A DNA stretch of 64,000 nt from Rhodosorus marinus CCMP1338 (Eukaryota; Plantae; Rhodophyta): contig JAMWBK010000008.1 of assembly GCA_029953675.1 (NCBI GenBank), forward strand, positions 806,001-870,000, read 5' to 3'. Numbering within the stretch: the first letter of the stretch is position 1; the number at the start of each line of letters is the position of its first letter. The position numbers and the translations under genes are program-made. Of this stretch, positions 1 to 11,696 are shown piece after piece. The notes under the pieces were generated by a model. That model had not been told where the DNA came from, searched no databases, and saw nothing but the letters and a program-made list of their open reading frames with translations.

Positions 1-60
1 GGAGTGAGGGTTTGTCGGGTTTGAGTAGATTTGGTGAGGTTTGGGTTTTCGTTTTGTTTC

Positions 61-80
61 TGTGTGTGTGTGTGTGTGTG
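61..80. repeat. (TG)10 microsatellite upstream of rps1
   Basis: Ten TG units read directly at 61-80, 55 nt before the ATG at 136. Confidence 0.95.
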
Positions 81-135
81 GAATTTTTGTTTTGTCGCTA
101 CGTGTTTGCCAGGTTTTGTGAGGATTTGAGAAAGG

Positions 136-1477
136 ATGGAGGGGGTTGGGTTTGTGTCGGGATCTGGCGCTTTGGGGGTGGTGAGAAACGCTGGTGTGAG
201 GAAGTGCCAGGTTCCGACGATGGTCGCGACGAAGGCCACCGGGAAGCAGTCCAAGTTTGAGGCAATGAGAAAGAAGTATGGCGTGGCTGCGAAGGATCTT
301 GAGGAAGTTGGGTTTTCGTAAGTCTTATTCGCCGTGGAATTACGAGCGGAATTGGCTCCAGGAGGGCACTTGGAAAAACTTCTTCATTTGTTTTTCAGAG
401 GCCCTACCTAGTAGAGTAGCACAACTCGAGAAGTAGCTGACTCTGAAACTGTTGCTTGTTTGCGTTTCTCAGGTACGACGAATTCGACGCGGCTGTGGCA
501 GACTACGAATACAACCTGACTATGGGGGAGACAGTGGTCGGAAAGATTTTTGAGTGCACTGCTCGCGGGGCGTTGGTTGACATTGGCGCCAAGGCCGCAG
601 GATGGCTCCCGGCTGATGAGTTCGCAACAGCCCCTGTAGAAATTCCGTCTGAGTATTTCGCTCCGGAAACCGCAATCGAGCTAATTATTGCTTCGCGGGA
701 GGATAGTAATGGACAGCTGACTTTGTCGCTCCGCCGACTGGAGTTCCAGAGGTGCTGGGATCGTGTTATTCAGCTCCAGTCCGAGGACGTGCCAGTATTC
801 TGTGAAGTGATCTCCATAAACCGAGGAGGAGTTCTCGTCAAGATTCAGGGACTCCGGGGCTTCATTCCCCAGTCTCACGCCGGTGATCTGAACATGGAGA
901 ATGCTGAGGTTGGGAGGCAGGTACGTTGCTGAGTGTTTCGCAATTTATGGACGGGACAGACCCTTTTGCCATCATGTTTCTCACCAGTGTATCTTCCATT
1001 GTGCAGATTTCGGTCAAGTTCCTTGAAGTCGACCCTGCGAAGAACCGACTAGTCCTGTCGAAGAAGCTTGCCTCAGCTTCGAGGAAGATGAACAATTTCG
1101 CTCCTGGACAGGTCGTCGAGGGTGTTGTGAGCGGCGTCAAGCCTTACGGACTTTTCGTCGATGTTGACGGAGTTTCCGGGTTGTTGCATATCTCACAGAT
1201 TAGTCACAGCCATATCCCGGACGTTAGCGCGTTGGTTGGTGTTGGACAACCGATTAAGTGCATGGTTTTAAATCAAGACAAGAACAAGGGTAGGATGTCG
1301 TTGTCCACGAAGGTGCTCGAGAATGAGCCTGGAGACATGGTGAAGGACGCTGAGAAGGTGTTTGCGGGAGCCGAAGAGGTGGCACAACGGTACAGGGAGA
1401 AATTGGAGGCAGAGAAGAAGGCATCGGCTGAGGTTGCGGAGGAAATTGTTTCCGCGCTCGACTTTGCCCGTGTCTAA
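136..1477 (+). CDS. rps1: Nuclear-encoded plastid 30S ribosomal protein S1 (three S1 domains); exons 136-317, 473-920, 1007-1477
   Basis: S1-domain motifs (VVGKIFECTARGALVDIGAKAAG; VISINRGGVLVKIQGLRGFIPQSH; VVEGVVSGVKPYGLFVDVDGVSGLLHISQIS) are joined in frame by GT-AG introns 318-472 and 921-1006. The N-terminus MEGVGFVSGS... resembles a transit peptide. Confidence 0.9.
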
Positions 1478-2704
1478 TTTGTAGATCTGCATTTATGTTT
1501 CACGCTAGTTAGGAACACGTTCTATGTGGATGGTTCTGAGATAAATCCTTCGTATTAGCCGAAACAACCCCCGCTCAGGCGGATATGATAATGTTTAATT
1601 GGCTTGTAGGGAAAAGAATAAAAACAACTTCTTTGAATCTGGCTGGTGAGGCTCCTCCGCCACTTTGTTAGGCCCGTCATGAACCCGAACAAACAATTCT
1701 TCTCTCTTTGTTTATCTCCGAAAAGTAGACACGCTGTGTCGCATTGGGGACTGAGACTGTGTTAAATCGATAGAGGTGCAGGGTCGGATTTTTAGAGCAT
1801 CCCAATTTTGCTTTGTTCACCGAGGAGGCCTGACATCCCGGACTCAGGGAGTCTGGGATGTTAGGGACTAAGATAGCTGGTGTAAAAAAAACAAACAGGC
1901 TCAAGCGCTATCCGCACCTAGGACGCTGGACTATTTATTCTCCTGCTTACGCTCCAGTTTACAGAGCTCTGCACGGGCTCTCCAAGCGAAATATGCGGTT
2001 TGGCTAATCGAATCTGAACAGCACGGACCCTGTACAGCGATGCTGATTCGCTAGTAGAACGACCTAAACGGGATATATAGCGTCCAATCGCGTGGGAGAG
2101 TCCCAACGGCGAACCGACAGTACTTCCGTCAAGTCCTACGAGCTGGGCCTGGCGCCTATCCAGGTCAGAACTTCAGCAAAACCTGCAGGTGATACTCCTA
2201 AATCCCTTCGATTCCTACAATTCCTGACTGACAACTCCAGCTGTCGTCTAGGGTAGACTATTCCCGATGTGATGCATCCAGTGCACGACCACGATCTGAC
2301 CAAATTCCACGGCCGTTGGACATCGATAAAATTACCATGAAAACATCTATTATACCCAATCATAATATAACACTCGTCTTTGATAGCCATTGATATTCTA
2401 CCACGCGGCTGAAAAGGTTTAGTACAAATATAGTGCTCGCAATTGTACTACTAGTAGTACTGCCTTTTCGTTCTTAAGAAAAATGTTTGCTGGTTTTCCG
2501 TTGAGCTGGATTGCTGAATAAAAACACGATAATGAGTGGTGGAAATTTTTTGCAGGTCGCTTGTATTTTTGGCCAATATTCCTATGCATGTAAACATATA
2601 AAGAAGGGAAATGCAAATATGTCCAGAAGGGGAGGTCAACCTTCGCGAAATGGAGGGAGAAGGGTGGCTCGAAGCTTAAATTGAAAATAGATAATCTAGA
2701 ATCG

Positions 2705-3816
2705 ATGGCATTTGTAGGAAGCCTTTACGTTCCGAGGAACGCTTCTGTCACGAATCGGTCGAGTAGGAGCATCAAGGGGTGCCGGGGTCCTGTTGTGAAC
2801 TTGGCCGATGGGAGTTCGTCTGCAGTTACAGGTGTCCCACAGAGTCGTTCAGAACCCTCGTATACTTACTATGAGGGAAATTCATGGGGTGTTCAGGTTA
2901 GTGCCGAGGAGACGTTCACTACGTGTCCTGAATTGTTTGTTGGAGACTGATGTCCTGATGCACAAAAAATTCTGCAGGTTGAGGGTAAGACAGTACTCGT
3001 TGACCCGATTGTCACTGATCTGCAGTTTGGAAATACTACAATCTACAACCAGAAGAAACGATTCTTTTCTAACGAGGATGATCCTAGAGAGGTTCTGCCG
3101 ACCCCAGACCTGATCTTGATCTCCCAGAGCCTCCCGGACCACCTTCATCTACCCACAATGAGAGCGTTTGACCGCACTACAAGAATAGTCTCGACTGCAA
3201 CAGCGGCAGAAATGTTGGAAGATGAGGGGTTTTCAAACGTGAAAGCGATCAAGTTCGGAGAGCGCACCACGGAATTGCAAGGAGAAGTTGAAGTGCTGGC
3301 GACGGCGGTGAGCAGCGCAAGACGTTAATACCATGAACTCTCACATGGACTTGGTTTGCTAACCTCCGTGATTTTGTGATCGTCTAGGGTCCCATTCTAG
3401 GCCCTCCATGGCAGCTACCTGAAAACGGCTACCTAACAACTCTGAAGAAGTCCGGTATTAAGATCTTCTACGAGCCGCACTCACAGCCACAGCCAGGCGC
3501 ACTAGATGGTCTCCATGCCGACGTCATCGTCGCTGCGTATGATCGCAGTGTGTTCACGCCTATAAACTACCTCCTTGTTGCTGGGAAGGAGGGAGCGGTT
3601 GAGGGAGCGAAACAATTGAAGGCGAAAAAGCTGTTCCTCATCAACAACGAATCTCTCTCTTCGACAGGGTTGCTCAAAAGCTTTGTGAAAGCAACGGGTT
3701 CACCGAAGGATGTTGAGACGGCAGCCAAAACAGCTGGAATCGAACTCGAAATTATCAACCCAAAGCCGAAAGCAGCCCAGTCTTTGGAGCTTGAAGATAC
3801 AGCCAAAACTGCCTAA
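2705..3816 (+). CDS. Plastid-targeted metallo-beta-lactamase-fold protein; exons 2705-2896, 2978-3307, 3388-3816
   Basis: The spliced product has YEGNSW..., VLVDP, DLILISQSLPDHLHLPT (degenerate HxHxDH metal motif), GPILGPPWQLPENGY and IFYEPH. It starts MAFVGS, typical of a transit peptide. Confidence 0.8.
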
Positions 3817-4086
3817 CCACTGTTGCCCTATTATGAGACGAGGAATAGAATGTGATCGCGAACGACGCAGAATTCACAAGCTCTCCAGAATAGTACGATC
3901 TCTTTCTGTCACGAGCTCAGTTTTTACATATCCAGAGCCGCATCGAGCGAAAGGCCGAACTCAAGCGGAACCAGTTGAAACAGCTGCAAGCTGACCGCTT
4001 CGTAATTTGTAAATTTTGGTGGGGGTTTGAGGGAGCTCCGATAAGACGCGAAGAAGACGAATCCACCTGATAACGCGATTTGTCAT

Positions 4087-5901
4087 CTACGGATGCCATT
4101 TGTATGTTCCCGTGTACTTAAAGCCGACTCTCATAATCAGCTCATCTGCTTGCTCAGGGCCTCGAGAACCATACTCGTATGGTATGAGCTTGAACCTCTT
4201 ATCCTCAATGGACTTCAGGAGAGGCGTAAACACTTTCCAGGATTCCCTCAGCTCGTCATCCCGAACGAACGAGGACTTGTCTCCCCTCAACGTATCGAGG
4301 ATAAGTCTGGTGTACGCATCTGGGAGCTGTGAATACGTATCCTGAAAGCGCTTGTTATAGCTTAAATCCAATTCTGTAGTCACGATATCATTGGAAAGTC
4401 CTGGTTCCTTCACGTTTGTCTTCATGTAGATAGCCTCTCCTGGTTGCACGCGAACCACTAGTTCGTTGGCCGGTACATCAGTCTCAAACATAAAAGTTGA
4501 GGCAGGTGGGCGCTTGAACTGGATTCGGATTTCAGTTTTTCTCTCGTTCAGAGCCTTTCCAGCTCGCATGATAAAAGGCACACCATCCCACCTGGGGTTA
4601 TTGATGCGAAATACAACTACTGCATAGGTGGGTGTGACTGAGTCATCGGGAACTGTTTTATCCTCCTTGTACCCTGGTTCCTTCTCATTGCCCAAGTACT
4701 GCCCGAGGACAACCTCATCGAGTTGAACTGGATCGAACGCGCGGAGCACCTTGACCTTTTCATCTCTAACATGCTCGGAAATCTCGGAGCCTTCACCCGC
4801 GAACTTTGTCGGCGGTTCCATCGCAAAGAGGGTAAGCACCTGGCGACAGCAAAGGAAAGGTTCTTGTCCACTCAGTTTCACCAGTTTCTAGACGGACTCA
4901 GGTGCAACACCCAAGTACGCGTGAAGCATGATACCCACAACGCTTCAACGAACCTGAATTAGATGATTCTGCATGACGTCACGAATTATTCCGTACTGGT
5001 CGAAATAGCCTCCTCTTCCTTGCGTTCCAAAGTCTTCCTTGAAACTTATCATCACGCTGGAGATATGATTGCGATTCCATATGGGCTCCAGGAAGGTATT
5101 GGCAAATCGAAGGGAGGAGAGATTCTGCGTCATCTCCTTCCCCAAATAGTGATCGATTCTGTACACAATATCCTCGGTAAATATGGCAGACATGTCCCTG
5201 TCGAGCTGCTCGAAAGATTCGGAATCCTTTCCAAACGGCTTCTCCACGATGACACGAGTCCAACCTGTTGTACTCATCCCAACTTCCTATACGCGGTCGA
5301 CGGAAGGAAAACTGGTTTAGCTGCAATCAACCAAATTGCGTCAAGCGTTTTCAGTCCAGCTGATGCGACTTCACGATTAGCCCTGCTCGAGATACCTTGA
5401 TGATCGCTGCAACATCCGTAAACACGTTTGGTGGGATGGCAAAATAATAAACCCTGTTGGCCTTGGATGATGTTTGCTGGGCTTCGTGTGCCTCTAGCTT
5501 AGCTGCGGCTGCAGACATCGCCTTCGCGTCATCGTAGCCTCCCGAGGAATATATGCACAGCCGCAGAAAACTCTCTACTTGATCATCTGAGCCATGCTTT
5601 ATCAAAAACGGTCTCATCTTGTCCCTGAACTCATCATCACTCATTTTTGATCTCGCATACCCGCAGATCATATTACTGTCGGACAAGAAACCGGACGTGT
5701 ACAACGAGAACAAGGACGGATAGGTCTTCACAGCAAAATCCAGAAAATCAAACACGATTGACACGTCACAACATCAGTCTCCAGTCTCCACACGTCAAGG
5801 GATCGCCTACCACTTACCTTCTTCTTCGCCAAATCACCAGATGCGCCTATTACAACAACGCTGAGGGCTTCCTTCATGAAAGGAAATTCGTGCCCGGCCA
5901 T
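4087..5901 (-). CDS. G6PD: Glucose-6-phosphate 1-dehydrogenase, cytosolic type; exons 5901-5818, 5725-5396, 5286-4954, 4839-4087
   Basis: Motifs [13 protein letters not shown] (NADP binding), [31 protein letters not shown] and [13 protein letters not shown] are present. The start context is aaaaccATGG and there is no transit peptide. Confidence 0.97.
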
Positions 5902-6641
5902 GGTTTTCGCGGATAGGAGAGCACAGTTAGCACTGAAACAAAAAACAGAAAGGGTAGACTTTCCAATCCAAAAATGTACCCCAGTTTTCTACCCCTCCTT
6001 CAAATTACCGTCCAACTTCACCCATCCCCTGCCAAACCCGTTCGAAGGCTGTCCTTTATGTACCTTTTGGGGATCAGCGTTTCCCATCGCTGCTCTTGAC
6101 CTATAACGCCAGACTCACGAAGAAGAACGACCAGAAACACACGGCCATGAGAAACTAGCGACAAATACTACCGTGAAACATACTCTTCACCTTCTCATTT
6201 TTGCGCCAAGGGGTAATAAAAATAACAAGCTCAGATATTTTGAGCTTCAATCCCCCGGGTGAGTTCAACTCTCGCCTGGACATAATTTCATTTATAAATT
6301 GTTTTAAAGTCCAGATACAATTGTTCACTTTTCATTTTTCATTTCGTACAAGAACGAGCTTTTTATAGGGGGAGCTATCCACTTTTTTCACCGGAATCAC
6401 ATGTACATCAAAAATACATATAAAACATGAAAATAATTTCTACACCTGATACCTTTCAGATGGCCAACGGATCCAGATTTTATCGTATGTGAAGTGACAA
6501 ACGTGCTTTTTTAATGACAATTTCGATTTTGTAAGTGGAATATATGAATAGGGATATGATTTAATTTGTATCACGCATCAGCGTACAATGGAATCCGTTA
6601 TCTAATGGGACAATAAACAGCTGGATAATCCGCGATGAGCA

Positions 6642-6679
6642 CAGCCCGATAGTCCGGATTAATCCGGATTATCGGGCTG
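6642..6679. repeat. 38-bp spacerless near-perfect palindrome
   Basis: cagcccgatagtccggatt|aatccggattatcgggctg has 19-bp arms with a single G.T mismatch. Confidence 0.95.
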
Positions 6680-7814
6680 GCGCTTAATGTCCAACCTCGT
6701 TTATAACAGCGAGGTCGCTGCTGTTCTAGGCTTGCAATTTTGGGAGAGGCATAGGCCTTTCGGGAGAGAGTATTCGATCTTCAGAGAGAATGGATCTGTC
6801 CGTTTGCTTAGCCTCTGGGTTGGCTGCGAGGATGTTGTTTGATGAGGTAGAACCTACTGCATGTGCAGGTCTGGAAAATAGCCAGGATCTTAGCAACTGC
6901 AATGTCTTTTTTCGCGGCCTTGGGTAGGCACCGGCCGTGGGAAGAGGCTCTTCCAGAGGACAAGGTCGCTCTGTCGATTGACTAGCCTCCAGTCAACTGC
7001 TAGGATTTTCTAGATGAGCGGACGGAAGAGGTCTGGCGTGCGGCCAGGTATCCCAGATCCTAGTGTTAGCCCCGGACTGCTACCTGATCTGTGAGCTTCG
7101 ATTCCGTTTGCTGACTAGCCGCCGTCACTTCTGTGTGGCTCCGCTGCTCCCTCGCAAGAGCTTGGTCGTTTATTTTCTAGTATCCGAATATTCCCTATGT
7201 ACGCATGATTTCTCGGATTCAGGAAGCTGAACTCGCATCATTGCCCTGCTCTCTCGTACCGCGGGGGTGTTCGTCATCTGATTTTGCATGCCCGAGACCT
7301 CCCCTTGCAGATTCCACGCTAGAGATGAGCAGCTTGAGTCCCCGCCAGTTGGGTAGCAAGTATATCTTTATCCAGAATTCGAGTGAAGACATGCGCCTGC
7401 TCTTGCTGATGAGTGTGCAAGCTCGGTTATATGGAGAATCTCGATCTCTCATACGCAAAGTCAAGAGCCAACTCTGGAAGAAATCATGGGGTCTTAGGCC
7501 GAAGCTTACCGACGCAACTCTCGATGCATAGTGTGATCAGAGCTTGCCATAACGTCGCCGCTCGAAAAGATCCACGTTTGCTGAGTTTCCTCTCCGAGTC
7601 CGCAGCACCGATGCAGCGAGTCTATCTCCCTCCGGCCTCATTTCCTAATGCTGAGCTAAGGTGGCATGCAACGATTTGAACGTAAGAGGATTAGTTGGCT
7701 ACGGTTTAACGCAGTTGGCGAAGATTGGAATCCTAGCGGATATGCATTGGTAAATATTCATCAACTGTTTTCAACGCCGTCGTCAAATATCTCGGGGAGC
7801 TCTTTAATAATTGT

Positions 7815-8393
7815 CTACTTGTACTGTTGCAAAATACGATTAGCCACTGAATCCCAGACCAGGTTGTCAAGGGAAGAACTGCAGATCAAGGCATGAGCCA
7901 CATTTACCTGCGGGTTGTCCCTCAACGAGTTGTAAAGGAGGCCAACTTTGAAAACCTCAGGAAAGGGAGTTTCGCATATATACTCAAAGTTGTAAAACTT
8001 CCGCTCAAACCACTCCACAACCGATGGGACACTCTCGCCCGGCTTCAACTTTCTCGAAAACAACTCCGCCTCGAGTTTCAGAAGCGCATGAACGGTTCTC
8101 GGAGCGTACGTCTGACACAAGAGGTCCCTTATGGCCTTCGGATCATCCAGGCCGCTCACCAATCTAAGCGCCTCTGCAGTTAGCCCCTGTAGTAGCCATG
8201 CTGCCGCAAAAGCCCTCCGAGCTTCCCATTCTTCAGCAGGCTCAACCTCTTCAGGTAGTTTCTCAGACCCATCGAAAAAGCCCCATAGGTCCAAGCCAAG
8301 TACGAAACATCTGAACTTTGTGTCAAAAATCGGGAAATCGTCTGGGTTCCCACTGAACCTCGGGGGATGGTTAACCAAGTTCCCCGCTTGCAT
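7815..8393 (-). mobile_element. Ty1/Copia-like gag ORF (192 aa) with no recognisable pol or LTRs
   Basis: The N-terminal PRFSG..DF..F..KF...LGLDLWGFFDG matches the Copia gag N-terminal pattern. AAAWLLQGL...DPKAIRDLLCQTY...LLKLEAELFSRKLKPGESV matches the UBN2/Retrotran_gag_2 pattern. Confidence 0.7.
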
Positions 8394-9083
8394 CTTCGCT
8401 TACGCGATTTCGGTGGCAGATCCAGTTAGGACCTCGCCTTGCTAACCGTCTATCGCGATTTTTTCCATCAAACACTCGGCTCTTGCCATCACAAAACCCA
8501 AGCCTCTTTCAAGTCCAGTTGATCCTTCAGCTGTCCCACAACGATCGTAGGCGACCACCGCCCCATCCCCAAGCATGTCAAATGCGCCAAAGGGGATGGA
8601 GCGAGGAGAGGCTCAATAGATCGAGGGAAAAAATCCGTTCTTGAGTTCCGCGCTATGGACTGTTACCGATGAACTTCATAAAGAAAGGGAGCAGAGTTGC
8701 CGAAGGCTCCTGTCTGATATCGCCAGCATCGACCTAAGATCTCATCATTCGATGAGATCTTCAAGCTGTCCAAATACTCCCTCAAGTCTCTCTCGCTTGA
8801 GATTCTTGATCAGATCCAGCTTGGAGGTTACATTTTAGAATCTCTAGAAAAGCTCTATGACTTCATCTTCACTACAAAATCTAAGCCTCCTAAGTACACA
8901 TCTATCGTCCCGGCGGAGAGGTAAGACAACTTCCAGATTAGCCTTGCTAGTGGATCCTGGGAGGAGGAAAGGAATGTCTTGGGGCAGTTGGAGAACGTTA
9001 GAACCGTAGACCTTTAGGAGAGAATTCTTTATTTAATAAGAAATCCATCTGCTGGAGTAAAGAAAGACGTCCTTAGCATCAAA

Positions 9084-9745
9084 ATGGAGGTACGAAGAAT
9101 GGATCCGGACGTTTGATCCCTGTTTTTTTGTCTAATAGCGTCTGAAGAATTTTTTTGGTGTGTTTATCTGCGACCACGGGTGACTTCTCCGTCGGATATT
9201 AGTCTCAAGAAGGTACGCTACCCTTAGGAAGTCTGAACATTGAGCAGCTACAGAATGTCCAAAAGTCAACCGAGCAGGAAGTACAGTCGTTGACTGAGCA
9301 GTTGACACAGCTGACGACGGCCCAGCAGCGGATACTTTCTAGTAAGCGACTTGCAAAGGAGTTCGGAAAGCAACCAGAAGGAAAGGAGATCTTGTTGCCC
9401 CTTTCCGGATCTGTATATGTGCAGGGGAAACTTTGTGACACATCCACTGCAATGGTTGATCTGGGTACTGGGTACTATGCTTTGGTACGACTGAACCTTG
9501 ACACTCACGGAGATGTGTCATAGCGATGAAGATCAGGTTCTGACAGGTTCTCGTTTTTGTGTTCGTCCTCCCCACAGAAAACGTTAGAGGAAGCCGAGGA
9601 GTACTTTCAGCGTCGAGCTGCGGTGATTAAGGACAACGTAGACAAAGGCACGCAAGCACTAGTGCAACGTAGACAAATGTATGAAGCGGTAACATCAGTA
9701 TTGCAACAGAAGATGGCTGCCGCGCAAAGACAGGGCGCCTCTTGA
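9084..9745 (+). CDS. PFDN5: Prefoldin alpha subunit (subunit 5-like); exons 9084-9089, 9203-9484, 9578-9745
   Basis: EILLPLSGSVYVQGKL...MVDLGTGYYA(L)KTLEEAEEYFQRR is the alpha-prefoldin hairpin signature flanked by coiled coils. The first exon is ATGGAG followed by GT. Confidence 0.85.
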
Positions 9746-9883
9746 GCGGACCCTTTATGTTTCGTTTCCTAATCGACAACAATACGACAAATAATACGCA
9801 ATATCCAAACAAGAATTTGGTGAGGATGCTCCTCCGTCCCCCGGCTTTAACACTGACTATCCCTCCCAGACGAAGCGCACCGT

Positions 9884-11543
9884 TCACTCGCGCCTAGCAG
9901 AGCGCAGATTGTAAGCGTCCAATACTCTCCTTGTAGACGACTCTAAGCAGTTGGTTTCCATCACAATTTGAAGTCCACACAACAGTCTGAAGGTCGTAAA
10001 ACTGTCAGGGACGACCTGTAAGCTTCGCCTCAGCTCCGTAAGCGATGTGACCTTGGCCCCGTTGACAGAATCCAGTACGCTGTGGCGGATGCCAACATAC
10101 CCAACGGTGGATATGTCAGGTAAAACTTCGCTGAGGACTACCGCGGCAAAAGATTCTTCCGATCCTGTGAGTGCCATCAACGACGATGGGGCTACAAGTC
10201 GCCAGGATTCACCGAACTCCTTCAAATACTCAGCAGACAGGTCAGTAAAAACCAGCCCTGCAACCACTTCAAAGTCTGGCCACGGAGACTCGGACGGGAG
10301 TTGATTCCCGTACCAACCCCTCGCAATCCACGGCCTGCCAAACGAATACTGCTCCAGTCAGTGTTTGCCGCGCGTACGAACGCAAGCGGTCTATCCTCCC
10401 GAAACCAGTCTTCCACGAGTGGTCGACGCTCGATTGGAAAGAGCCGAGCCACGACAACTTCACTACAACTTACTCTAGCTGAACCTTCTGTTCATAGGTG
10501 TTTCCATCTCGAAGCATGGTCACAGCTATGCTATCGCCCGGGGAGAGACATGACGCCAAGTAGTCAGGAAAGACCAAAGCCTTCTCAAAGCCGGCGCCAG
10601 ACAGAGATCCATCAGCGTTAACCTTGTGCTCTGCGATTCTTAGGAGAACCTCTTCAGTCTGGTGAAATCGTCGCGTGCTGAGATTTTAGTTTCACGAATA
10701 CGAAACCGCAGAGGATCTGTGGATAGTTTCAAGCTCCGGAGGCTGCAAGAACACACCTCGGTCTTATTTCGCCCAATCACAAGTGAGCCTTCATTCATCT
10801 CGTTCAAGTTCAAGTATTCTCTCAGACTCCGGTTCGTCGCTGCCTGGAGCTTGAATGGAAGGCTGGCAGGTCCGATCAGGCTTCCCGCTCTGCACTGATT
10901 GAGAAACGCTTTAACCAGGGTACTGGGGACGATCTCTAGGGTAGGTGGAATGTCATCATCGCCCTCATCAAAGGCGCATACGATGCCTGCAAGGCTATTT
11001 CCTTCCTGCAAATTTTCGTTGAGGAGCTGTTAACATTGGTCTTAGATTCTGCGTGAACTAGTATCGCCGTTTTCTTACATCGACAACGATGCCGAATTGT
11101 TCTTCTGGGTCAAGGTACGATGGCGCAGTGGCATCGAAACGATATCTACCACCTTCGTTGTGTATTCCGAGGAAGGAAGTTCCGAACTTTACCTGAAGGC
11201 CACTACCTCTCACCGCCGCAGACGCCGTCAGAAGAGCACCAGCACTTGGAAGCGCATCCGATACGGTAAACCAGTTGTTCTGGACTACGTCGACATCCAA
11301 CAGGGCCAGGTCATAGCCTTCAGAACCAGCCACAACTCTAGCTGACCTCCCATCAACCCGTGTGAGCCTCGAATTCTTCACAGACTTGAAATGCGTCAAT
11401 AAACTACTCCTTCCCACCCACACCCCAGCAGTGCTCCGGCACTCAGTTCGGTATCCGGCATGAGGTCTATGGTACGAAACTACTCCAATGTGCGACTCCA
11501 CCTTCGCCAGTGTCCATGATCCCAACGCCAACGCAAGAATCAT
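9884..11543 (-). CDS. Deg2/Deg9-type HtrA family protein (trypsin-like domain plus two PDZ domains), apparently catalytically dead; multi-exon
   Basis: The protease-like domain (LLTHFKSV, GYDLALLDV) is followed by IVPSTLVKAFL...LQAATNRSLREYL...EGSLV and a C-terminal PDZ VAGLVFTDLSAEYL...VVLSEVL...GY...VNGAKV, collinear with the Deg2 architecture. The first intron is 11078-11006. Confidence 0.8.
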
Positions 11544-11696
11544 GTCAAACCTTCCAGCGTTTACATGATCTGAACGTCCATCATAGACAAGATAAACGGA
11601 CTGCTAAGTAGCGACGGCGCCTCTGCATTCTGCAACCTTCCTGCTCTACTCCAACCTGACTGATGTGCTCCATGCCCAGACATTTTCCACAGGATC

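Noticed and set aside
1677-2390. Minus-strand frame whose seven internal stops are all TAG/TAA, suggesting a TAR=Gln genetic code or readthrough
   Set aside because: Bona fide genes here end in TAA or TAG (rps1, G6PD, DAD1, V-ATPase F). The stops are dense (7 in 78 codons) and no protein family is recognisable.
6047-6058. 12-mer TAAAGGACAGCC shared (reverse complement) with 13986-13997, and GGACAGCC near other gene starts
   Set aside because: Hundreds of 12-mer pairs are expected by chance in 64 kb on two strands. Only the local triple 11-mer cluster is retained as a finding.
8736-8761. Perfect 11-bp stem with 4-nt loop (aagatctcatc-attc-gatgagatctt)
   Set aside because: One such hairpin in 64 kb is near chance expectation. 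It has no U-tract, no Helitron-type CTRR end and no second copy.
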